Origin: an uncultured Chryseobacterium sp.
Lineage (GTDB): Bacteria; Bacteroidota; Bacteroidia; UBA10329
Direction: 5' to 3'
Assembly (NCBI GenBank): GCA_964457245.1
Contig: CAYWET010000003.1
Span: 77,006 to 141,005, forward strand
DNA: 64,000 nt
Of this stretch, positions 45,587 to 54,984 are shown in pieces (within the stretch, counting starts at the first letter, position 1; the number at the start of each line of letters is the position of its first letter). The position numbers were made by a program, and so were the translations under genes. A model generated the notes under the pieces. That model was not told where the DNA came from. It saw nothing but the letters and a program-made list of their open reading frames with translations, and did no database searches.

Positions 45587-47696
45587 GCCCTTTCATCGAA
45601 AGCGAAATTCGCTTACGCGGAACATCCACTTCCATTACGCGAACCTTAACATGCTGATGCACTGAAACCACATCAGTTGGGTTCTTCACAAAACCGTCTG
45701 CTAATTGCGAAATATGAACCAACCCATCTTGCTTGGCGCCTACGTCCACAAACGCTCCGAAAGCCGTGATGTTGGTGACAATTCCTGGCAATTCCATTCC
45801 CGGAATGAGGTCGCTGATGGATTTGATGTTCTCGTCAAACTCAAACAATTTGATGATGCGTCTTGGGTCGCGACCGGGTTTTAAAAGCTCTTCCTTAATG
45901 TCTTCCAAGGTTGGCAAACCGACCTCGGCAGTAACGTAATTGGAGAGGTTGATCTCGTTGACCAATTCTTCGTTGCCAAGCAACTCCTCAACAGAAACCA
46001 TCAGGTCTTTCGCCATGCGTTTTACGATGGAATAGCTTTCTGGATGAACAGCTGAATTATCCAATGGATTTTTACCATCAGAAATTCGCAAAAAACCTGC
46101 GGCCTGTTCAAAGGCCTTGGCTCCCAACCGCGGAACTTCTTTCAATTGATCTCGTGATGAAAAAGGGCCATTCTGCTTTCTGAATTCCAGAATGTTTTCT
46201 GCCAACTGCGGCCCCAATCCAGATACTTGATTGAGCAAATATTGACTAGCGGTATTAAGGTTCACGCCAACTTGATTTACGCAACTCTCGGTCACACGGT
46301 CGAGGGAGGTTTTCAGCATCTTCTGATCTACATCGTGCTGATATTGCCCAACGCCAATTGCCGAAGGATCGATCTTCACCAACTCCGCCAACGGATCAAT
46401 TAACCTACGCCCAATGCTCACGGCTCCACGCACCGTTACATCAAATTGTGGAAACTCATCGCGCGCCACCTTACTAGCCGAATAAACGGATGCCCCCGCT
46501 TCATTCACCACAAAAAGCTGCACTTTTCTATCAAAATGGATGTTCTTGACCAGCGCTTCCGTTTCACGGCCTGCGGTTCCGTTTCCGATGGCGATTGCTT
46601 CAACTTTATGCTGCTCCACCAACGTTGAAAGCTTCTTCATGGCTTGCGAACGCTCGTTCCTTGGCGGATGCGGATAGATGTTCTCGTTGTGCAGTAGATC
46701 ACCTTGCGCTGAAAGACAAACGACTTTGCATCCCGTCCTGTAACCGGGGTCGATGGCTAAAACGCGCTTTTCACCCAATGGCGGAAGCATCAATAATTGT
46801 CGCAGGTTTTCCGCAAAAACCTTGATAGCCTGTTCATCAGACTGTTCTTTGAACGTGGTTCGCATTTCCGTTTCGAGCGATGGTTGCAGCAAACGTTTAT
46901 ATGCATCTTTTGCAGCCGTCCGAACCTCGTCCGAACTGGCTGTGTGACCTTTCACAAAAAAGCGTTCGAGAATCTGAAGCGCACTTTCTTTTGCAGGCGC
47001 GATGGAAACACGCAGAAACCCTTCTTTCTCGCCACGCATCATCGCCAAAAACCGGTGTGATGGCACACGCTTCAAAAATTCTTCGTGCTTGAAATAATCA
47101 CGGAATTTCTCGCCTTCCTCTTCTTTTCCTTTTACGCCTTTTGATGTGATGGTCGCATCCTTCAAGAACAACTGACGAAGCCGCGACCGCAATGCAGCAT
47201 TCTCATTCATCCATTCGGCAATGATGTCTCGCGCACCTTGTAGCGCTTGCTCCACCGAAGCGACTTCGCCTTTCACAAAACGCTCTGCGGCCGTTTCTGG
47301 GAATCGTTCGTTCTGCGCCATTAGGATCTTTGCCAATGGCTCCAATCCCAATTCTTTGGCTTTGGTTGCACGGGTTTTCCGCTTTGGGCGATAAGGTAGA
47401 TAAAGGTCCTCCAACTCCTGAAGCGTTGCTGCTGCTTCCACTTTCTCGCGAAGCTCCCTCGAAAGCACATCCTGCTCTTTCAGCGATGCAAGAATGGCTT
47501 CCCTGCGCTTTTCGAGTTCAAGCAGTCGTTCATGCAGATCTTTGATGTTGCCTATTTGCACCTCGTCTAGACCGCCCGTGGCCTCTTTCCTGTATCGGGA
47601 AATGAATGGAACCGTGGCTCCGCCTTCTAAAAGTTCCAGCGTTTTCGCAACCTTATTCGGCTTGCAACCGATCTGCGCAGCAATCTTTTCTACCAT
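45576..47696 (-). CDS. tex: Tex-like transcription accessory protein (S1 RNA-binding domain)
   Basis: The N-terminus TLELLEGGATVPFISRYRKEATGGLDE is Tex-specific. YqgF-like and HhH regions and a C-terminal S1 domain (GIVTNITAFGAFVDVG) follow. Confidence 0.95.
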   Translation of the reverse strand: MVEKIAAQIGCKPNKVAKTLELLEGGATVPFISRYRKEATGGLDEVQIGNIKDLHERLLELEKRREAILASLKEQDVLSRELREKVEAAATLQELEDLYLPYRPKRKTRATKAKELGLEPLAKILMAQNERFPETAAERFVKGEVASVEQALQGARDIIAEWMNENAALRSRLRQLFLKDATITSKGVKGKEEEGEKFRDYFKHEEFLKRVPSHRFLAMMRGEKEGFLRVSIAPAKESALQILERFFVKGHTASSDEVRTAAKDAYKRLLQPSLETEMRTTFKEQSDEQAIKVFAENLRQLLMLPPLGEKRVLAIDPGYRTGCKVVCLSAQGDLLHNENIYPHPPRNERSQAMKKLSTLVEQHKVEAIAIGNGTAGRETEALVKNIHFDRKVQLFVVNEAGASVYSASKVARDEFPQFDVTVRGAVSIGRRLIDPLAELVKIDPSAIGVGQYQHDVDQKMLKTSLDRVTESCVNQVGVNLNTASQYLLNQVSGLGPQLAENILEFRKQNGPFSSRDQLKEVPRLGAKAFEQAAGFLRISDGKNPLDNSAVHPESYSIVKRMAKDLMVSVEELLGNEELVNEINLSNYVTAEVGLPTLEDIKEELLKPGRDPRRIIKLFEFDENIKSISDLIPGMELPGIVTNITAFGAFVDVGAKQDGLVHISQLADGFVKNPTDVVSVHQHVKVRVMEVDVPRKRISLSMKGLNG

Positions 47697-47717
47697 GCTG
47701 CGAAGTAATTGATTTTG

Positions 47718-48413
47718 CTACGGAAAAGAGCTGTCAGTAAGCCACTTCACCACCATCTCATCGGTTAAAACCTTACCGATAACGCGGTACTTGCTCGAGC
47801 GGAGTGGATGGTCTGAACTCAGGTTTTCGGAAACCACTCCACGAGACCAATTGAAATAGTCGGAATGTACGAATTGGCACTTGCCACCGTGGTTCATGAT
47901 GTAGCCTGTATGGTTGTCCATGCCTACCACGTAAAGGCCATCGCCCCAAGCACATATTTCGCTTTCTATATGGTTGATATCAGCAAAGCGATAACGCTTG
48001 ATGTTACTCGAAGTAGTCATTTCCTTGATCATGCTTTCTGAAGGCAACTCCGCCCACCGAACGCGCGGAATACGAAACCCTAGATCACGCATAGTCGTGG
48101 TAACGAAATAACCGCAAGCGATATGACCCGTTCGTGGTTTTTCGGTGGTGCCATTGTAATCCCATTTGGTGCCATACCAGCAAGGAAAAACCTTTGCCGT
48201 CATGGTGGTGAAAAGGAACTGCTGTGCACAGCGCACAACAGAATCCTTATCACACTTTGGGTCGCGGTAAGCGCGACTTAACTCTGATTTTCTCGTATTG
48301 ATTTCAGTCTTGACCTTATCGTAATCCAATTTGGTCTGTGAACAGCCTGATTGCGAAATCACAACCACTAAGGACAACGCTCCCAACATCCACTCTCTTC
48401 CCTTCTTCATCAC
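47718..48413 (-). CDS. Hypothetical lipoprotein immediately downstream of gldM
   Basis: Lipobox ISQSGC. Possible Cys/His pair (GHIACGYF ... MDNHTGYI) that might indicate a papain-like fold; this is speculative. Confidence 0.55.
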   Translation of the reverse strand: MMKKGREWMLGALSLVVVISQSGCSQTKLDYDKVKTEINTRKSELSRAYRDPKCDKDSVVRCAQQFLFTTMTAKVFPCWYGTKWDYNGTTEKPRTGHIACGYFVTTTMRDLGFRIPRVRWAELPSESMIKEMTTSSNIKRYRFADINHIESEICAWGDGLYVVGMDNHTGYIMNHGGKCQFVHSDYFNWSRGVVSENLSSDHPLRSSKYRVIGKVLTDEMVVKWLTDSSFP

Positions 48414-48422
48414 AATCTCCTC

Positions 48423-50036
48423 TCAAATGATCTCCTCTACAATGTCTCCCAAATCATGCTCAACACCATCATCTCCAACGGCTTTTATTCCGAGGAAGTA
48501 CACCTTGTAATGATTTTTCACTTTATCTAACAATTGTTGTGTTTCTGTGGTGAATCGCGCTCCATAATTCACAGTTTTCCCTACGATTTCTCCACGATTG
48601 TCCACTACAAGCACCCGATATTTCTTGGCGGTGCAGGTCAGGTCAAAAACAAAACTGTCGTCATACCTAACAACTAGGCCTTCGGATACGCGAGCCGCCT
48701 GTGCAGATATTCTTTTCTCCGGGTCTACAAATCCCCAGTAAGCAAATGGTCGTGGTAACCGTTTCACTCGAAATTCCATTTTCCCCATTGGTCTGATTGT
48801 TCCGTCAGCCATTCTAGCTGATACAGAAATGCTTGCTTCATTTCCAGGCTGGGCCTGCATCTTCGCCACATACTTTCCGTTGGATTTTTTAATCAGTTGG
48901 TGACCTCCAGAAATCGTAGCAACGATGTTTTCTGACGGAACACCTGGCACGGAAATATCGACTGGATTTTCAATCCCCCTGTACAGCACATTCATTTTGG
49001 TTGGCGAAACCACTAAGGATGGCCTTGCCACGATGTATTCCGAACGGAAAGGGTAGCTCTGCGTTTCGCCTTCACTGTTCACCAGATCAACCATTCCTTC
49101 GTAGGTGAAAATGCCTTCTGAAGTGGTGCGTTTGCGGAAGATGCCTTTGCCGTTTTCTGTCAAGCAAGTGTCTTCCATGGAAATAAGCTCATTGGCCTCT
49201 TCATTCAATTTCCCGATGCGGACTTTAGGCGAACGCGTGGTGCTGTATGCCGCCACGATAATGTCGGACTGGTACTCCTCGCCAAGCAGCACGTAATTGC
49301 TCTGCGGCAGAACGGTGGCGGCAATGGTATCGAAGAAGAAATCCTTCTTGTTGAACGAGCGGTAGAGTTTGCTCACCACATCATATTCCACATCGGCCAC
49401 ATCCATTTGCAGTTTGGAGAGAATGACCAACGAGGCCACGAGCGGTGTGTGGTAAAAGTTGTTGGTTTCCCATGTTGAAGTTGCGTCAGCCAGTTTGCGG
49501 TCAGAGAGGTCGATGCGCTCATTGAAAAACTGTTTGTCGCCTTCGCTCAGAAGCTCGCGCATTGAACTTTGGTACTCTGCAATTTTGGTTTTGAGCACGT
49601 TTGCCAATCCATCGGAGCCATCTTCCTTCTCTCCAACAAGAATGTTGGTTGGGATGTCGTAATGGTCCTTTTTGGAAAGACTGCCGATGCTCATGGTATC
49701 GGCAACGGTTCGGTCGACCTTTTCGGTTTTGGAAATAAGCGTGGTTTTAACGCTATCGATGAACGAGTTGAGTTCCTGTGCCTTTTCGCGGGCTTGTTGC
49801 GAACGGTCCCAGTATTGACCCACTTTTTCCGAATCGATGGCCATGGCCAGATCGAAATCGGTGTAGAGCGCATTCATCTTTTTGCCCGTGGTTTCGGAGC
49901 TAGCCGCCAGGCTCTCGTTTACAATGACAAACGCATCGAGTATGTCTTTGGAAATGTTGAGCGCCAGCAGGGCGGTAAGAACGAGATACATCATCCCGAT
50001 CATTTTCTGTCTTGGTGTTTCTTGCTGTCCAGCCAT
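48423..50036 (-). CDS. gldM: Gliding motility / T9SS protein GldM (PorM family)
   Basis: The N-terminus MAGQQETPRQKMIGMMYLVLTALLALNISKDILDAF and the internal VARPSLVVSPTKMNVLYRGIENPVDISVPGV closely follow the GldM pattern as I recall it from Flavobacterium johnsoniae. Confidence 0.85.
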   Translation of the reverse strand: MAGQQETPRQKMIGMMYLVLTALLALNISKDILDAFVIVNESLAASSETTGKKMNALYTDFDLAMAIDSEKVGQYWDRSQQAREKAQELNSFIDSVKTTLISKTEKVDRTVADTMSIGSLSKKDHYDIPTNILVGEKEDGSDGLANVLKTKIAEYQSSMRELLSEGDKQFFNERIDLSDRKLADATSTWETNNFYHTPLVASLVILSKLQMDVADVEYDVVSKLYRSFNKKDFFFDTIAATVLPQSNYVLLGEEYQSDIIVAAYSTTRSPKVRIGKLNEEANELISMEDTCLTENGKGIFRKRTTSEGIFTYEGMVDLVNSEGETQSYPFRSEYIVARPSLVVSPTKMNVLYRGIENPVDISVPGVPSENIVATISGGHQLIKKSNGKYVAKMQAQPGNEASISVSARMADGTIRPMGKMEFRVKRLPRPFAYWGFVDPEKRISAQAARVSEGLVVRYDDSFVFDLTCTAKKYRVLVVDNRGEIVGKTVNYGARFTTETQQLLDKVKNHYKVYFLGIKAVGDDGVEHDLGDIVEEII

Positions 50037-50190
50037 GATGTTGAGTTTTGATTAATACAATCCTTGTCCAGCACCTCCCGATAGTTACCGGGAGTGTGTG
50101 GTGGTTTTTGGACTGATAACCGGCCGGAAATCTGGGTGTCCTTGCTAATAGAATGCAGGAAATGAAAAAGGGAACAGAATTTTTTTGCGG

Positions 50191-50274
50191 CCGTCATTGC
50201 GAGCGAGGAACGAGCGAGGCAATCTCATTGTAAACCGATGGAGATTGCTTCAGGCTATGCCTTCGCAATGACGG
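50191..50274. repeat. Nested palindromic (REP-like) element
   Basis: Outer arms CCGTCATTGCGA (50191-50202) and TCGCAATGACGG (50263-50274). Inner arms GCAATCTC (50219-50226) and GAGATTGC (50241-50248). Confidence 0.65.
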
Positions 50275-50484
50275 TGGCAGATGGCGCGCGTTAGGGATTG
50301 AAGCGGCATCCTTTTTTCATTCACTTACACTTCGAGAACCTCAGTGTCCGTTCTGAAAAAAGATATAGCGAAAAGCCCGACCCCTTGCGCAGCTTGGGGT
50401 AACGCCCTAATGAGAATTTGCGATTGGCAATAGACGATTTACAATTTGTTCTTTGCGTCTTAGCGCCTTTGCGTGCAAAAACGT

Positions 50485-50709
50485 TTAGCCGAATTCGAGG
50501 ATGAGCCAGAGCACGAGGAGCACGAGCAGGATGATGAGAAATCCTTTTCGGTAGCGGTAAATGGGGCGCTTGTAGAGCGGTTCGGTCATGCGCTGGTAGT
50601 TGTGCGTGAGCTTGCCGAAATCCTTGTAGCGGCTCATTTCCTCTTCGGAAGGAACCTCGTTGAAGGAGCTCTTCTTGTCCGTTTCGGTATTTGCGTGGTA
50701 GCGCGTCAT
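50485..50709 (-). CDS. Small single-pass membrane protein, possible anti-sigma partner
   Basis: 74 aa with a C-terminal TM helix (FLIILLVLLVLWLILEF). Its start overlaps the sigma-factor stop by 4 nt. Confidence 0.5.
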   Translation of the reverse strand: MTRYHANTETDKKSSFNEVPSEEEMSRYKDFGKLTHNYQRMTEPLYKRPIYRYRKGFLIILLVLLVLWLILEFG

Positions 50710-51260
50710 TTGGTATGGCCGAAGTTGGTCATTATTGTTCTTAGTCGGTCGAGGGCGCGGTAGGTGCGCACCTTGGCGTTGTCGGCGGATAGGCTCAAGA
50801 TCTCTGCCATTTCTTTGAACGACCGCCCTTCAAAGTAACGCATCTCTATATAAACGGTGGCTTCCTCGTCCAGTTCATTGAGGCCGCGAAGCAGCAGGTC
50901 GAGGTTGCGTTCGTGCTCGTGTTTTTCGTCCAGCCCTTCGAACACGGCATGCAGGTCAGCATGGCTCAGCGGAACGGACGTGTTCTTGTTGGTTCTGCGC
51001 TGATATTGCCGCACTTCGTTGAGGGCAATCTGTATGAGCCACGAAGAGAATGGTGCGCCCGAAACCTGGTATTTGGGCAGCGCGTTGATGGCTTTCATGA
51101 ATGTGAGCGAGGTGAGTTCGCCCGTGAGTGCCTGATCGCGTACCCGTTTGTAAATGAACCCGAAAACGGTGCTGAAGTGCGCATCGTAAAGCGGGCCGAA
51201 GGCGTTGATGTCCTTCTGCGCTTTGCGGATGAGTTCGGCCTCCTGTTCGCGGGTAAGCAT
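50706..51260 (-). CDS. ECF-type RNA polymerase sigma-70 family factor
   Basis: Region 2 (FSSWLIQIALNEVRQYQRR) and region 4 HTH (SFKEMAEILSLSADNAKVRTYRALDRLR). Confidence 0.9.
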   Translation of the reverse strand: MLTREQEAELIRKAQKDINAFGPLYDAHFSTVFGFIYKRVRDQALTGELTSLTFMKAINALPKYQVSGAPFSSWLIQIALNEVRQYQRRTNKNTSVPLSHADLHAVFEGLDEKHEHERNLDLLLRGLNELDEEATVYIEMRYFEGRSFKEMAEILSLSADNAKVRTYRALDRLRTIMTNFGHTK

Positions 51261-51278
51261 TGGTGGGTTGGAAAGTAC

Positions 51279-51761
51279 TTAGAACTCGAATTTGAGTTTG
51301 GTATTGCCTTTTCTGGCGAGGCCGCTCTTTTTGCGGCCATTGATGTTGACGTTAACCATATTGGTCTGGTCGTCAAATGCTTCGAGCAGAAAGCTGTTAT
51401 CGACTTCCAGAGATTGCACTTTCTTCACATCCTTGACCTCCACGTAGCACCATGTGGCATCGAGTTCGGCTTCCTTTCCGAGGTAGATGAAATCTGTCGG
51501 TTTGCCGTTGACGGTGAGTTTGAAATGGCGTTTCAGGTAGCTTTCGATGTATTCGTTGGCTTCGGGTGGTTCGTTCTCGGTACCGAGTTCCATTTTGGGT
51601 GCGCCCGCTTGTTGCAATGCCGTTATAAGGTCATCGGTAAACAACTTGATGGAGGTTTCGAGGGTTTTGTTCTCGGTATTGTGGCTGATCTCCATAAGCG
51701 ACAAGTGGAATTCGTGTGCCGAGAATAGAACAAGAAGTATGGAAAGCAATGCTGTTTTCAT
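51279..51761 (-). CDS. Secreted hypothetical protein (possibly DUF6702-like)
   Basis: Signal peptide MKTALLSILLVLFSA followed by HEFHLSLMEISHN. The family name is from memory and unverified. Confidence 0.55.
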   Translation of the reverse strand: MKTALLSILLVLFSAHEFHLSLMEISHNTENKTLETSIKLFTDDLITALQQAGAPKMELGTENEPPEANEYIESYLKRHFKLTVNGKPTDFIYLGKEAELDATWCYVEVKDVKKVQSLEVDNSFLLEAFDDQTNMVNVNINGRKKSGLARKGNTKLKFEF

Positions 51762-52205
51762 CTATTGAATTGACGTGATTGCATATTCCGTTCCATTCAT
51801 GTTGAAGCTTTCCCCAGAGCGTTTTCCCAGCATCTGTTTGGCAATGGGCGATTGCGAAGAAACCACAAAAACATCTGTTCCGTTCTGGTTGATCTTGCCC
51901 AATCCAACGGCAATATAAAACGTGGCTCGGTTGGTCTGCACCAACGCGCCTTTCTGAACGGTTTCGAACGTCTGGTCGGGTTTAATTTGTTCCAATTCTG
52001 TGACAACCGCTTTTGCTTCGGCCAACTGCTTTTGGAGTTTTTCCTGTTCCAGATGAATCATGGCGCGACCTGTTTCGTGCTTGTCGCCAGCCGTGCTTTT
52101 GCTTTCTGTCTGTACCGCATCGCGCATGGAAGCGAGTTCGACTTCCAAGGCATTCACCTTATCGGAGGCCAATTCCAAACAATGATTGTAGAGCGCGGTC
52201 TTCAC
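51762..52205 (-). CDS. GreA/GreB C-terminal-domain-like protein
   Basis: N-terminal coiled coil, then ...VQKGALVQTNRATFYIAVGLG...VVSSQSPIAKQMLGKRSGESF, resembling the Gre-factor C-terminal domain. Confidence 0.55.
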   Translation of the reverse strand: MKTALYNHCLELASDKVNALEVELASMRDAVQTESKSTAGDKHETGRAMIHLEQEKLQKQLAEAKAVVTELEQIKPDQTFETVQKGALVQTNRATFYIAVGLGKINQNGTDVFVVSSQSPIAKQMLGKRSGESFNMNGTEYAITSIQ

Positions 52206-52258
52206 GCTCCGAAGTTAGCTTGTTTCTTACCTTTCGTTTCCAACAAACACAAAGGACT

Positions 52259-52642
52259 ATGAATAAGAATGTTGTCGGATGGTTTGAGATTCCAACAGGA
52301 GATATGGAACGCGCCATTCAGTTTTACAAAGATGTTTTCGGGTTTGAATTCCATCGGATGAAAATGCCGCAATTGGATATGGCCATGTTTCCCTCTGTAG
52401 ATGAAGGAATGGGTAGCGGTGGCGCTTTGGTTCACAATGCGGAATTCTACAAACCACTGGACAATGGCGTGCTGATTTACTTCACTTCAGCCGCTGGCGA
52501 TGTGGCCAAGGAACTGGAAAAGGTACAGGCGGCTGGTGGACAAGTCCTTGTGCCGAAAACACAGATGTCCGAAGAGTACGGCTACATGGGTCTTATCCTC
52601 GACAGCGAGGGAAACCGCATTGGTATTCACTCTAGAAAGTAA
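52259..52642 (+). CDS. VOC (glyoxalase/bleomycin-resistance) family protein
   Basis: MNKNVVGWFEIPTGDMERAIQFYKDVFGFEF... The track ORF from 52013 has an implausible N-terminal extension antisense to the neighbouring gene. Confidence 0.8.
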   Translation: MNKNVVGWFEIPTGDMERAIQFYKDVFGFEFHRMKMPQLDMAMFPSVDEGMGSGGALVHNAEFYKPLDNGVLIYFTSAAGDVAKELEKVQAAGGQVLVPKTQMSEEYGYMGLILDSEGNRIGIHSRK

Positions 52643-52645
52643 GTC

Positions 52646-54955
52646 TTACTTCCCTCTTTCCTTTGCTCGCTTAGCGCGCTGCATTGGGTTTTCATGGTCG
52701 TAACCGCCACGCTTGAACAACTCGAAACGTGTCGGCTCTTGCTTTGGCGGCCAGTAGTTGTTGCTTCGGTCGATGTCGGCAGTTTCCAACGTTGGGTCTA
52801 GTACTACTCGCACCAATTCCTTCTTCGAATAGAAGATTTTGCTCACATTCTTATCATTCTGCTTCCAGATCTCGGCAGGAATGCGGTGCGTTTCTTTCGT
52901 GCCATCCGAATATTCGAATTCAAGAATCACAGGCATGACCAAACCACCCGGAGAAGAGATGTCTATCTGGTAGTAGTTCATTCCTGAATTCAGCAGTTCC
53001 TTCTCTTCATCGTCCAAGCGGGCCAAGTACTTATCGTATTCTTCGCTGTCTAGAATCGTCCACTTGAAAGGGTCGTATTCGTTATTGTAGAAATCGCGCG
53101 TTTTGGCATCTTTTTCTACCATGCTTTGGTAAGCATCTTTATTGCGGATGTTACTGATGTATTGCTCCTTTTGCTCATCCTGTTTCTTGGCCAATGGCTT
53201 CTCTACAGATGGATCTTGAGTATCGATCTGGAACCATTTTACCGCGTCCAAACTTTGGTCGCAGTGGTCGGTGGTGTAGAACCAGCCTCTCCAGAACCAA
53301 TCAAGATCAACGCCTGATGCATCTTCCATGGTGCGGAAGAAATCGGCTGGTGTTGGGTGTTTGAAAGCCCAACGTCTTGCATATTCCTTAAAAGCATAAT
53401 CGAACAATTCCCGACCTAAAACCGTCTCACGAAGAATATTCAATGCCGTTGCTGGCTTTCCGTAAGCGTTGTTTCCAAACTGCTTGATGCTCTCACTGTT
53501 GGTCATGATCGGCACCATTCCATTCTTGTCGCCTTTCATGTAATCGACAATATTCGGTGCTGGACCTCTACGGGCTGGGAATTCCTTGTCCCATTCTATC
53601 TCGGTGAGGTATTCCACAAACGAATTCAACCCTTCGTCCATCCACGTCCACTGGCGCTCGTCTGAATTGATAATCATCGGGAAGAAGTTGTGGCCGACTT
53701 CGTGAACGATAACACCGATCATTCTGTGCTTGATGTAATCGGAATACGTCCCGTCTTTTTCTGGTCTTCCGAAGTTGAAACAGATCATCGGATATTCCAT
53801 ACCGATAGACTTCGCGTGAACTGAAATCGCAACGGGATATGGATAATCGATGGTGAATTTGCTGTAGGTTTTGAGCGTGTGCGCTACAACGCGAGTTGAG
53901 TACTGTTCCCAAAGCGGATTTCCTTCTTTCGGATAGTAACTCATGGCCATCACCTTCTTACCGGCAATCTCTACACCCATTGCATCCCAAATGAACTTAC
54001 GTGACGATGCAAACGCGAAATCACGAACGTTGGTGGCTTTGAATGTCCATGTTTTCTTCTCTTTCGTACCTTCTTTCTCGTTGTCTTCAGCCTCTGACTG
54101 CGTTACTATAATAACAGGGTCATCGGCATTTTTCGCTTCATCGAAACGACTTTTCTGCTCCGCAGTAAGAACTTGGCTGTAATTCTGGCAAAAACCAGTT
54201 GCGCCAACGATGTGGTCTGCAGGAACGGTAATGTCAACCTTGTAATCTCCGAACGGAAGCGCAAACTCGCCACTGCCCAAGAATTGCTTGTGCTGCCAGC
54301 CTTCAACCTCGTTGTAAACGCACAATCTCGGGAACCACTGCGCAATGGTATAGAGGTAATTTCCATCTTCTGGGAAGAACTCATAACCCGAACGACCACC
54401 GATTTCCATTCGGTCGTTGATGTTGTACCACCACTTCAGTTTGATGCTGGCTTTACCTTTCGCTTTAAGCGGTTTCGGCAGATCAACGCGCATCATGGTG
54501 TTCACAATCGTGTATGGCAACTCGTTCCCTGCGTTGTCTTTCACGTACTCTATCTTGAAACCGCCATCGAAATCGTTGTGCATTCTGGCCAACTCACCAA
54601 AACTCATTTTATCATCGATTTTCCCGGTCGAGATCTTCTTGGTATCGCTGTCCTTGGCGCGGACATTCTGATCCAACTGCAACCACAGATAGGTCAACTC
54701 ATCTGGAGAATTATTCACGTAAGTAATGGTGCTGGAGCCGTAAATGCGCTGCGTTTCGTCATCCAATTCCACCTTCATATCGTAATCCACTTGCTGCTGG
54801 TAGTACTCGTGCCCTGGCGCTCCACTTGCGGTTCGGTATACGTTCGGGGTTGGCAACTCCTGCCCCAACTGGCGGAATTTGTTGGTGTTGATGTTCTCTT
54901 GTGAGAAAAGGAAAAACGGAGAAAGGAGAAAAAGGAAAAGCGGGAAATTCTTCAT
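52646..54955 (-). CDS. M1-family zinc metallopeptidase
   Basis: Signal peptide. HEVGH followed by 18 residues and then E (VHEVGHNFFPMIINSDERQWTWMDEGLNSF). Confidence 0.9.
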   Translation of the reverse strand: MKNFPLFLFLLSPFFLFSQENINTNKFRQLGQELPTPNVYRTASGAPGHEYYQQQVDYDMKVELDDETQRIYGSSTITYVNNSPDELTYLWLQLDQNVRAKDSDTKKISTGKIDDKMSFGELARMHNDFDGGFKIEYVKDNAGNELPYTIVNTMMRVDLPKPLKAKGKASIKLKWWYNINDRMEIGGRSGYEFFPEDGNYLYTIAQWFPRLCVYNEVEGWQHKQFLGSGEFALPFGDYKVDITVPADHIVGATGFCQNYSQVLTAEQKSRFDEAKNADDPVIIVTQSEAEDNEKEGTKEKKTWTFKATNVRDFAFASSRKFIWDAMGVEIAGKKVMAMSYYPKEGNPLWEQYSTRVVAHTLKTYSKFTIDYPYPVAISVHAKSIGMEYPMICFNFGRPEKDGTYSDYIKHRMIGVIVHEVGHNFFPMIINSDERQWTWMDEGLNSFVEYLTEIEWDKEFPARRGPAPNIVDYMKGDKNGMVPIMTNSESIKQFGNNAYGKPATALNILRETVLGRELFDYAFKEYARRWAFKHPTPADFFRTMEDASGVDLDWFWRGWFYTTDHCDQSLDAVKWFQIDTQDPSVEKPLAKKQDEQKEQYISNIRNKDAYQSMVEKDAKTRDFYNNEYDPFKWTILDSEEYDKYLARLDDEEKELLNSGMNYYQIDISSPGGLVMPVILEFEYSDGTKETHRIPAEIWKQNDKNVSKIFYSKKELVRVVLDPTLETADIDRSNNYWPPKQEPTRFELFKRGGYDHENPMQRAKRAKERGK

Positions 54956-54984
54956 TCTGGTGACTTAAGTGGTTCTGAATGAAC

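Noticed and set aside
50913-51728. 271-aa plus-strand ORF
   Set aside because: It is antisense to the ECF sigma factor and the secreted protein gene, both of which carry recognisable motifs and signal peptides.
52013-52258. 82-aa N-terminal extension of the VOC protein in the ORF track
   Set aside because: The extension begins at a non-ATG codon and is Arg/Pro/Cys-rich. It overlaps the GreA-like gene in antisense. The conserved VOC fold begins at ATG 52259 (MNKNVVGWFEIP).
54173-54904. 243-aa plus-strand ORF
   Set aside because: It is antisense to the M1 peptidase, whose frame carries the intact HExxH-18-E zinc site.
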